From Kiritimatiellia bacterium (GTDB lineage Bacteria > Verrucomicrobiota > Kiritimatiellia > RFP12 > UBA3636), in the NCBI GenBank assembly GCA_017413145.1, contig JAFPUX010000546.1:1-41901 (forward strand): a DNA stretch of 41,901 nucleotides, in the 5' to 3' direction. Of this stretch, positions 8,040 to 15,505 are shown piece by piece. Positions within the stretch are counted from its first letter, which is position 1; every line of letters begins with the position of its first letter. Made by a program: the position numbers and the translations under genes. The notes below the pieces were generated by a model. That model was not told the origin of the DNA. It saw nothing but the letters and a program-made list of their open reading frames with translations, and did no database searches.

Positions 8040-10447
8040 ACGAGGCGCAGACCAAACATTCGCTCATCACGCCCGCGCTCAAGGCGGCGGGATGGGACGA
8101 CACGCCGGCGCGGCTCGCGCTCGAGCAGGTCGTCGCGCCCGGCCGCGTGGAGGCCGACGGACGCAGCCACCATCCGATGTTCGCGGACTACGTCCTGATG
8201 TGGGGCGCGCGGCGCCTCGCCGTCGTCGAGGCCAAGAGCGACGAGAAGGACGCCTCCGAGGGCGACGCGCAGGCGCGCTTCTACGCCGAGGCGCTCGGCG
8301 TCCGCTTCGCCTACGCCACCAACGGGCGGCGCGTCCGCTCGATCGACCTCGTCACGCAGGAGGTGCGCGAATACGACACGCTCGAGGCGTTCCCCGCGCC
8401 GGCGGAGCTGCTGCAGGTCCTCGAAACCGCCGCGGACGAGGAGAGCGACCTGGAGAAGATCTGCCGCGAAATCCCGTGGGCCGGCGGCGGCGGGCGGACC
8501 GTGCGCTACTACCAGGAGCGCGCCGTCGAGGGCGTCATCGCCGCCATCGGCCGCGGAAGGAAGAACGCCCTCGTCACCCTCGCCACGGGAACCGGCAAGA
8601 CCTTCATCGCCTGCCAGATCGTCCACAAGCTCGTCGCCGCGAAATGGCGGCGCGGCTCGATCGGGCTGCGCAAGCCCCGCGTCCTCTTCCTCGCCGACCG
8701 CAACATCCTCGCCGACCAGGCGATGGAGAGCTTCTCCGTCTTCCCCGAAGGGGAATGCTACCGCCTCCGCGCCGCGACCGATGACCCGCCGCTCGACCGC
8801 ACCGTCTACTTCACGCTCTACCAGACGCTGCTCGGCCGCGGCGAGGACGAGGGCGAAGTCCCGGCTGGCGAAGCGGACGCGGCGCCGCCGGCCGTCAAAT
8901 ACGAGAAATTCCCGCGCGACTTCTTCGACCTCGTCATCGTCGACGAGTGCCACCGCGGCGGCGCCAACGACGAAAGTGCGTGGCGGGCCGTCCTCGACTA
9001 CTTCGCCTCCGCCTCGCACCTCGGCCTCACGGCGACGCCGAAGTGCGACGACAACGGCTCGACCTACGAATACTTCGGCAAGCCCGTCTACCAGTATTCC
9101 CTCAAGCAGGGCATCGCGGACGGATTCCTCTCGCCCTACCGCGTCAAGCGCTGCGAATCGACGCTCAAGACCTGGCGCTGGGTTCCCGGCGACCGCGCGA
9201 CGCACGACGAGGAGATCGACAAGGACAAATACTACACGACCGACGAACTCGAGCGCGACCGCATCGAGATCAAGGAGCGCGACCGGCACTTCGTGGACGA
9301 GCTCTTCAAGGTGATGCCGCCGCGCGACAAGGCGATCGTCTTTTGCGCGACGCAGCAGCACGCGCTCCGCGTGACGCAGCTGATCCGCGAAAAGGCCCGG
9401 TCGATCGGGATCGGCGCGCCGCACTACTGCGAACGCGTCACCGCGGACGACGGCGCCATCGGCGAAATGTACCTGCGGCAGTTCCGCGACAGCGACAACG
9501 AGACGCCGGCGGTCCTCGTCACCTCGCAGAAGCTCTCGACCGGCGTCGACGCGTGCAACGTCCGCTCCATCGTCCTGATGAAGGACGTGAAGAGCATGGT
9601 CGAGTTCAAGCAGATCGTCGGCCGCGGCACGCGCGTCTACGACGGCAAGCCCGGCTTCGTCATCTACGACTTCACCGACGCCACCGACAACTTCCGCGAC
9701 CCCGCGTGGGACGGCCCGGTCGTCTGCGCCGTCTGCGGCAAGAACCCCTGCGAATGCGGCAAGGGGGGCGGAGGCGGCGGGGGCGGACGCCCGAAGCCGC
9801 CGAAACCGCCGCCGCCGCCGTGTCCGGTCTGCGGATGCTCGCCGTGCGTCTGCATCCGGGAGCCCCCGAAAATCAAGCGCGTGACGCTCTGGAACGGGCG
9901 CGTGATCGACGCCTTCTGGACCGACCGGGTGATCTTCTCGGGCGAAATGCTGGAAGTGGGGGACTTCCTCAAGCGCTTCACCGACGCGATCCTGGCCGCC
10001 GTGCATTCGCCGGACGAACTCCGGAAAACCTGGGGCGACGTCGACCGCCGGACGGACCTTCTCGAAGCGTTCGACCGGGCCGGCTTCACCGCCGACAAGC
10101 TGCGGGAGCTGCTCGAAAAGATCGGGCGGGACGAGTACGACGTGCTCGACGTGATGCTCGACCTGGCCTACAGCGTCGAGCCGGTGATGCGGCAGCACCG
10201 CGCGGCCGAAGCGCAGAACCGGCTCGTGGAGGGCGGACTGAAGGACGAACGGTTCGAACTGGCGCGCGTCATCCTGGGCAACTACGCCTCCAGCGGCGTG
10301 TGGACGCTCTCCAAGGCCAGCTACCAGGACCTGCTCAAGCAGCGCTACGGCGCCCTCGGCGACGCCCTCCGCGCCCTGGCCTTCCGCGACGTCCCGGACG
10401 CCCTCGCCTTCTTCTCCGCCATCCAGCGCGCCCTCTTCGCGGCGTAG
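8036..10447 (+). CDS. hsdR: type I R-M restriction subunit R (PD-(D/E)xK nuclease + SF2 helicase + EcoEI-R-type C-terminal domain)
   Basis: 803 aa from ATG 8036 (MNEAQTKHSLITPALKAAGW). It has the nuclease motif D..VVEAK, helicase motifs TLATGTGKTF, VIVDECHRGG and QIVGRGTR, and a helical C-terminal domain. The upstream part of the long ORF frame (7715-8035) reads through hsdS out of frame. Confidence 0.93.
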   Translation: MNEAQTKHSLITPALKAAGWDDTPARLALEQVVAPGRVEADGRSHHPMFADYVLMWGARRLAVVEAKSDEKDASEGDAQARFYAEALGVRFAYATNGRRVRSIDLVTQEVREYDTLEAFPAPAELLQVLETAADEESDLEKICREIPWAGGGGRTVRYYQERAVEGVIAAIGRGRKNALVTLATGTGKTFIACQIVHKLVAAKWRRGSIGLRKPRVLFLADRNILADQAMESFSVFPEGECYRLRAATDDPPLDRTVYFTLYQTLLGRGEDEGEVPAGEADAAPPAVKYEKFPRDFFDLVIVDECHRGGANDESAWRAVLDYFASASHLGLTATPKCDDNGSTYEYFGKPVYQYSLKQGIADGFLSPYRVKRCESTLKTWRWVPGDRATHDEEIDKDKYYTTDELERDRIEIKERDRHFVDELFKVMPPRDKAIVFCATQQHALRVTQLIREKARSIGIGAPHYCERVTADDGAIGEMYLRQFRDSDNETPAVLVTSQKLSTGVDACNVRSIVLMKDVKSMVEFKQIVGRGTRVYDGKPGFVIYDFTDATDNFRDPAWDGPVVCAVCGKNPCECGKGGGGGGGGRPKPPKPPPPPCPVCGCSPCVCIREPPKIKRVTLWNGRVIDAFWTDRVIFSGEMLEVGDFLKRFTDAILAAVHSPDELRKTWGDVDRRTDLLEAFDRAGFTADKLRELLEKIGRDEYDVLDVMLDLAYSVEPVMRQHRAAEAQNRLVEGGLKDERFELARVILGNYASSGVWTLSKASYQDLLKQRYGALGDALRALAFRDVPDALAFFSAIQRALFAA

Positions 10448-10536
10448 GGATTCAGGAAGAGGACTCTCTCCGTTTCAACAAACTCAACCCGGAACATACT
10501 GACAAGGGTTGGTTTTCACGACAAAGGAACTGCGCC

Positions 10537-12360
10537 ATGCATCCACGTAATTGGTTTGAAATGGACGACATCTTGAGGGGATCCCTTGTTGGGAATGCTT
10601 GGGTTCCCATTTGGCGATCTCGTCTTGTCAAAAATGAACTGACACATGGAACAGTTGGATATTGGGAGGAATTTACAGGGTTGAACTCATTAGTTGTCAA
10701 CCCGGAATTCTGGGATGAGATGAAGAACCTTGATTATTCTACTTTGTCTCCTAATCAATCCCATAGACCATGGAAAAACCATGGAATCTACAATCGGCCC
10801 ATGGAGTATGTCGAGAACAATGTTTCCATGGGCGATTTCCTTGTTGTCCAACAGCTGTTTGAACAAGACGAATCTCCGATTCTACAAATCAATCAGGACT
10901 TGATTCTTGCATTGCGGCTCAAAGAAGAGAACGGGGTTTGGCTTTGTCCGGAAGAAGGATACGAACCAGTTGTCCGAATACAGCACGATGATGGCGGAAA
11001 AGAATTTGAAGTGGACATCCGGCTTTCATTTCTCAAAGATTATCTGAGTGCTCGCGGTTGCCGGTTGTTGGTTAAGGAGTTCTTTCAACGGATTGAATTT
11101 GTTCCAAATCTTGATCATTTGCCTTTTTTAACTCAAGATGAACGGGGCATTGAGCGCAGTTCAGACGATTGGCGTTGGGATTGTTGGTATCACCCCATGG
11201 ATAAAAATGGAAACTTCGTCAATGGTGGAATAGATGTATTATCCATGGCATATGTCGAAAAAGAGGACATCGGCGATGCTCCGCAGTTTTCGCCCGATTG
11301 CGATGAGATGCAAAGCAAACGGTTTTTCATTCCGCCGAATCCAGAAGATCATGTCGGCATTTTTGCCGAACTGAGAAGAACGGAATTCATTCTTCCTGCC
11401 AAGAACAGTCCGCGAGTGTTGCTGGAGGATGAACCGTCGCTATCCTTCATTGCATCGCCCGATGGAACAACGAAAACCGCCGAAGAACTGAAATTCCCGC
11501 CGCAATGGTTGTTTTTTCGAAGTGGAATTATTCCAACTCTATTGGAAATTCGCAATTCAACGTTGTCTTGGTTCACCAGGGACACAGGAGCTGTACAGTG
11601 CGGCAATAACTCCGTCCATTTCGGAGTCAACGAGATCGGTTTGATCTCTGTTTTCGCAAAAGACATCGTTGACCTTCCAAGCTGGTTGCAATCCAGGTGG
11701 AAGGGATTCAACGTGATTCCCGAAGGTGGCCCTTCGCGAGAATTGCTTGCGTCTCAAATGTATTGCAATCCCGCCGCCACGAAAGCCCCCGAGAGTCTGC
11801 TACCGGAATTGTTTGAAAGAATTAACGGTTGGTTTCAATCACATTATGGATGCCTCATGTTCTTGGAACAGGCTTTTCGTCAAGAATTGATTCGAAGCAT
11901 TCATCGATTCCGCGTTCAGACCAAAAACGACATTTATTCCTTGGCCAAAGATGTCGTTCGATTGACTACGGACAGCATCAACATCACAATCCTTCGCAAA
12001 TTATTGAAATCCAAAGGAAAGACGGAATCCGATTTGAAAAACATTGGATCCAACAAGCTACTGGAGTCCTTTTGGCTGCAATTCAATCCTGCTGCCGCCC
12101 AAATGATTTCTCCTTTGTTTTTCTTGTATGATATGCGCCTGGGAGATTCACACCCCTTGGCGGAAAAATCAAAAATGGCTGCAAAGAAACTTGGATTGAA
12201 TGCAGATATCCCGCTTGTCAAACAAGGGGAATTGATAATCAAAGCTGTCGTGAACGTTCTGTCTTTGTTTTATCAATCATTGCTTGATATGCCTTCAGGC
12301 TTCTTGGGTGGCTTTCAAGCGAATCAGAACACAGCGGAATCCTCGGACGAGCCACGTTGA
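10537..12360 (+). CDS. hypothetical protein, 607 aa, no recognisable domain (cassette gene A)
   Basis: ATG 10537 has AGGA 8 nt upstream. The long clean ORF lies in an AT-rich segment (23/60 G+C at 10681-10740). The frame upstream of 10537 is a spurious out-of-frame read-through across hsdR. There is no P-loop. The only motif noted is Rx4H (RLGDSH, 12136-12153) in the helical C-terminal part. Confidence 0.8.
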   Translation: MHPRNWFEMDDILRGSLVGNAWVPIWRSRLVKNELTHGTVGYWEEFTGLNSLVVNPEFWDEMKNLDYSTLSPNQSHRPWKNHGIYNRPMEYVENNVSMGDFLVVQQLFEQDESPILQINQDLILALRLKEENGVWLCPEEGYEPVVRIQHDDGGKEFEVDIRLSFLKDYLSARGCRLLVKEFFQRIEFVPNLDHLPFLTQDERGIERSSDDWRWDCWYHPMDKNGNFVNGGIDVLSMAYVEKEDIGDAPQFSPDCDEMQSKRFFIPPNPEDHVGIFAELRRTEFILPAKNSPRVLLEDEPSLSFIASPDGTTKTAEELKFPPQWLFFRSGIIPTLLEIRNSTLSWFTRDTGAVQCGNNSVHFGVNEIGLISVFAKDIVDLPSWLQSRWKGFNVIPEGGPSRELLASQMYCNPAATKAPESLLPELFERINGWFQSHYGCLMFLEQAFRQELIRSIHRFRVQTKNDIYSLAKDVVRLTTDSINITILRKLLKSKGKTESDLKNIGSNKLLESFWLQFNPAAAQMISPLFFLYDMRLGDSHPLAEKSKMAAKKLGLNADIPLVKQGELIIKAVVNVLSLFYQSLLDMPSGFLGGFQANQNTAESSDEPR

Positions 12361-12376
12361 ACCGCGTGATAGGGCA

Positions 12377-12385
12377 TGGTAAAAT
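12377..12385 (+). promoter_or_regulatory. extended -10 TGGTAAAAT in the A-B intergenic gap
   Basis: Same motif family as the host genes. It is followed by a 6-bp-arm palindrome GTCCATgaATGGAC (12389-12402). The ATG of gene B is at 12479 with AGGAG upstream. Confidence 0.4.
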
Positions 12386-12478
12386 CCGGTCCATGAATGG
12401 ACGACCAAGGGAACAAGGGCCGTACCCGCGGACTCGATTTTTCCCTGGGCGGAGCAGAATCCCGAAAGGAGTCGAACT

Positions 12479-13678
12479 ATGGGATGGAAAGAGGAAGCTA
12501 CTGAACTCTTGTTGAAGTTCTATAACACGATAGAACCAGCAACGGAACTGTCTGTCATGTCAAATAAGGCATGGCAGCGCGTTGGCGATGGATTCGTATT
12601 CTATGATCAAAAAGCGCTTGTTGCGGCCATAGATTGTTTCTTGGAAAACAAGACTCTAGGAGACAAATATTCCCAACACGCATTGTCTCAACTGATAGCA
12701 AAGCGGCTGACAACTGTTTTTGCAAAAGAACCAGATCAAATCCGGCCGAGAATAGACCACCTTATCAATGAGCTTTCCAAAGGAAAGCCAGAAACACTGA
12801 ATGTTTTCATGAGCATTCAAGGCGTATCTTTTTCGCAAAGGATGAAGATCGGAAAGTTTGAGTTCATACCCGCGAAAGATTACGAGGCTATAAAGCAAAC
12901 CGCTCTCAACGGTCGAGCGAAGCTGCCCGACAACGAGATATACGCGAATCATGCCATGGTTTCGGTTGAAGCTTGCGAACCGGAAAAAGCACGCGAAAAG
13001 GCACGTGCCGAATTTCAATGGCTTGAAAACGCGATCAGATTGTTTATCGGTTTCGACAACTGCGATGTCGGCATAACATCGTTCCAAGGTTCGTCGATCG
13101 AGAATTCCCTGGTAACCGCCGCCGATGGCTCGGTGAGGGGCGCTTCATCCAGTTTGAAAGGGGCGTTCATTCCTCTTCCTCTTGATAAGGCATTTACTTC
13201 GGAGAGGCCATACTATCGCGTACTCGACAAGCTGGGTCGCAATCAGAACGAACTGACGAAATTGCAAAAACAGATCCGCTACGCGGTGTATCTTGGAGGA
13301 CTCTCGGTTCGTGAGACCGATCCGGGAATATCCTACTTTCTTTGCGTCTCAGGATTGGAGGCCTTGTTTCGGGTGGAAGCGGACAAGTATGTCAATCCGT
13401 CCATTGCGCAACAGATTGCGGAAGCTTTCTGTTTCCTCGTCGTCGACGAGGACAAACGGCGAAAGACTTTTGAAGAAATGCGTCACTTTTATCAAAAACG
13501 GTCTGCCGTCGGACACGGAGGCCAGATCGAAGTGTCCAAACGGGAGATCGAGTTGGTTCGAATGTATCTTCGTGCCGCCGTCATCAAATTGATTGACGAT
13601 CCGATCCTTTCCAAATTGAAGACGCCGGAAGCTCTGGCCGCACTTGTTCGTGACAAGAAGTTCGGTCCCGCCGACTGA
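12479..13678 (+). CDS. HEPN-domain protein (ApeA-like architecture: unknown N-terminal ~270 aa + C-terminal Rx4H HEPN) (cassette gene B)
   Basis: 399 aa with AGGAG 8 nt upstream. The C-terminal helical region carries FYQKRSAVGHGG (R..H at 13499-13516), the canonical HEPN RNase motif context. The N-terminal part is unassigned. Confidence 0.78.
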   Translation: MGWKEEATELLLKFYNTIEPATELSVMSNKAWQRVGDGFVFYDQKALVAAIDCFLENKTLGDKYSQHALSQLIAKRLTTVFAKEPDQIRPRIDHLINELSKGKPETLNVFMSIQGVSFSQRMKIGKFEFIPAKDYEAIKQTALNGRAKLPDNEIYANHAMVSVEACEPEKAREKARAEFQWLENAIRLFIGFDNCDVGITSFQGSSIENSLVTAADGSVRGASSSLKGAFIPLPLDKAFTSERPYYRVLDKLGRNQNELTKLQKQIRYAVYLGGLSVRETDPGISYFLCVSGLEALFRVEADKYVNPSIAQQIAEAFCFLVVDEDKRRKTFEEMRHFYQKRSAVGHGGQIEVSKREIELVRMYLRAAVIKLIDDPILSKLKTPEALAALVRDKKFGPAD

Positions 13679-13708
13679 ACACCTCCCGCTCCACGTGCAA
13701 AGCGCGCT

Positions 13709-13749
13709 TGTCAAAATGTCAAACAGTTTTTGACTTTCTGACATTTTTG
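13709..13749 (+). terminator. candidate intrinsic terminator after the cassette
   Basis: TGTCAAAATGTCAAA (13709-13723) pairs with TTTGACTTTCTGACA (13729-13743) at 13/15 positions around a 5-nt loop. It is followed by TTTTT and lies 30 nt after the stop of gene B. The stem is AT-rich. Confidence 0.5.
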
Positions 13750-14076
13750 CTTGACTTCTCGTTTCGCCGATGGTTGACTCGTGCGGTGAGATGATGGACA
13801 TTCGTGGAAGCGGCGGGGCGCGCCTCTTCGTGGAACTCTTCGGGAGTGCCGCGAACGGGCGGAAGATAATCGCGTGGGCGGCGGATCGGATGCCGGGACG
13901 CGGATTCCGGGGCGGTGCGCAGCCCCGCCTCCGGATGGTCGAATCTCGCCGCTGAGCGGCTCGCCGAAGGCGTTTGAAAGCCGGCCTTTCAAGCGCGGCG
14001 GCCGGCCGCCGCGCCATCCAGCCCGCTCCGCGCCGGGACGCCGTCCCAGCCGCGGAGGGGACTTCCGAACGGCGGG

Positions 14077-15225
14077 CTACACCCAGTCGTCCTCGAACGA
14101 GAGGGCCGAGATTCCGGTCTCCGACGGGATGGACCGCCCCGCGTAGACGACGGCCGGACGCTCGGTCTTTCCGGCGATCGACATGAACTTCCGGAGTTTC
14201 GAACCCATGTCCGCGTGGAAGGTCTGCGCCGCCTTGATTTCGACGGGGCGGATCGTTCCCGCGTTGTCGAAGAGCAGGTCGACCTCCAGCTGGTTCGGCG
14301 CGCGGAAGAAGTAGAGGTCGGGGTCGAGGTTCGCGTTGCAGCGGGCCTTGACGGCCTCCATGACGACCATGTTCTCGAACAGATTGCCGAGGAGCGGGTG
14401 CGTCGCCATCTGCTCCGGCGTCCGGATGCCGAGCAGCCAGGCGGCGAGCCCCGGTTCGGTGAAGTAGACCTTCGGCGCCTTGACGAGCCTCTTCCCGAAG
14501 TTGCCGAAGTAGGGACGGAGGACGTAGACGACGAACGACGCCTCCAGGATCGAGATCCACGAGCGGACGGTCGGCGCCGAGACGCCGACGGCGCCCGCGA
14601 GGTCGGAGGCGTTCACCTCCTGCCCGACGCGCCCGGCGAGCAGCCGGACGAACGTCTCGAACGCCCCGAGGCTGCGGACGTCCGCCAGCCGGCGAACGTC
14701 GCGTTCGACGTAGGTCCGGAAGTAGTCCCGGTAGAGCTGAGCGTGGTCCGGCTGCCCGTCGTAGAGACGCGGCATGAAGCCCTCGACGAGCCATTCGTCC
14801 CTCGTTTTCCGGATTCCGGCCCGTTTGAGTTCGCGGACGGACAGCGGATAGAGGTCCGCAATGCCGGTTCGGCCGGCGAGCGATTCGGAAATCGCGCTCT
14901 GCAACGCGGGTTGGTGGCTCCCCGTCAGCAGGTACAGCCCGTTCCGGTGCCGCTCGTCGACCTCGGCCTGGATGTATCGGAGCAGGTCGGGGAAGCGCTG
15001 GACTTCGTCGAAAACGGCCGGCGCGGGATGCCGGCGCAGGAATCCGCGTGGGTCGGACACCGCTTCGTCGAGGATGTCGGGCGCCTCGAGGTTCACGTAG
15101 TCCGCCTCCGGAAAGGCGGATCGAACAAGCGTCGTCTTGCCCGATTGGCGAGGACCGGTGAGCGTGACGACCGGGTATTGTTTCCACAGCCTGCGAAGCG
15201 CGGGTTCGATGTCTCGTTCGATCAT
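14077..15225 (-). CDS. AAA_14/DUF4143-type ATPase
   Basis: 382 aa with Walker A LTGPRQSGKTTL, Walker B-like VFDEVQ and a C-terminal DUF4143-like region. A GGAG Shine-Dalgarno lies 9 nt before the ATG. Confidence 0.87.
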   Translation of the reverse strand: MIERDIEPALRRLWKQYPVVTLTGPRQSGKTTLVRSAFPEADYVNLEAPDILDEAVSDPRGFLRRHPAPAVFDEVQRFPDLLRYIQAEVDERHRNGLYLLTGSHQPALQSAISESLAGRTGIADLYPLSVRELKRAGIRKTRDEWLVEGFMPRLYDGQPDHAQLYRDYFRTYVERDVRRLADVRSLGAFETFVRLLAGRVGQEVNASDLAGAVGVSAPTVRSWISILEASFVVYVLRPYFGNFGKRLVKAPKVYFTEPGLAAWLLGIRTPEQMATHPLLGNLFENMVVMEAVKARCNANLDPDLYFFRAPNQLEVDLLFDNAGTIRPVEIKAAQTFHADMGSKLRKFMSIAGKTERPAVVYAGRSIPSETGISALSFEDDWV

Positions 15226-15252
15226 GGCGTCGTTCTCCGTGAACCGGACGCA

Positions 15253-15261
15253 ATGCTACCA
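15253..15261 (-). promoter_or_regulatory. extended -10 TGGTAGCAT upstream of the AAA ATPase
   Basis: The minus strand reads TGGTAGCAT 27 nt before ATG 15225. The 9-mer is identical to the one upstream of the acyl-CoA dehydrogenase. Confidence 0.45.
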
Positions 15262-15264
15262 GAA

Positions 15265-15281
15265 TTTCAATCCGATTGAAA
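15265..15281. promoter_or_regulatory. perfect palindrome TTTCAATC-C-GATTGAAA abutting the ATPase promoter (possible operator)
   Basis: 8-bp arms and a 1-nt centre, located 3 nt upstream of the -10 element on the minus strand (spacer/-35 region). A partial third half-site TTCAATCGG lies at 15290-15298. Confidence 0.35.
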
Positions 15282-15360
15282 GTGAAATCTTCAATCGGTA
15301 TAGAAACAACATCTCCAAGACATCGCTCGGAATCCGTCATGAAGGGCTTAAGGGGACAGA

Positions 15361-15386
15361 CCCATTTAGTTCCCATTTAGTTCCCA
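15361..15386. repeat. tandem 11-mer CCCATTTAGTT x2.4
   Basis: Two perfect copies plus CCCA, in the AT-rich gap between the ATPase and the coiled-coil gene (right edge of the island). Confidence 0.75.
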
Positions 15387-15505
15387 GAACCTCCGCGTGG
15401 AAAACTGGATCCGCTGATCTCCTCCAACATCACCATCAAGGCCGGGACGGCCGCCCCCGAGGGCGGCGGAGCCGCCCGGCACGGAGGGGAGGTGCGGATC
15501 CGGCG

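Noticed and set aside
5000-10198. Long minus-strand ORFs (738 aa at 5000-7216; 782 aa at 7850-10198) and shifted plus-strand frames across hsdM/hsdS/hsdR.
   Set aside because: The plus-strand frames carry unmistakable HsdM/HsdS/HsdR motifs. The antisense frames are repetitive G/R/A/E/V strings.
8947-10536. The upstream 530 codons of the 1137-aa ORF that contains cassette gene A.
   Set aside because: This part is an out-of-frame read-through of hsdR (an Arg/Pro-rich translation). The composition and protein-like sequence change abruptly at ATG 10537, which has its own Shine-Dalgarno.
13349-15376. 675-aa minus-strand ORF spanning the end of gene B, the intergenic region and the ATPase.
   Set aside because: It gives a nonsense Arg/Pro-rich translation. 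The ATPase is clearly in the other minus frame (Walker A, DUF4143-like C-terminus).
3042-15400. Searched the island and its borders for integrase, transposase or recombinase genes and for tRNA-linked att sites.
   Set aside because: None is visible in any frame. The only border repeats are the 38-bp duplicate at the left edge and short AT-rich repeats at the right edge, so no mobile_element feature is claimed.
15441-15480. Imperfect GC hairpin downstream of the 597-aa coiled-coil gene stop (15506).
   Set aside because: The stem is interrupted and no U-tract follows on the minus strand, so it is not called a terminator.
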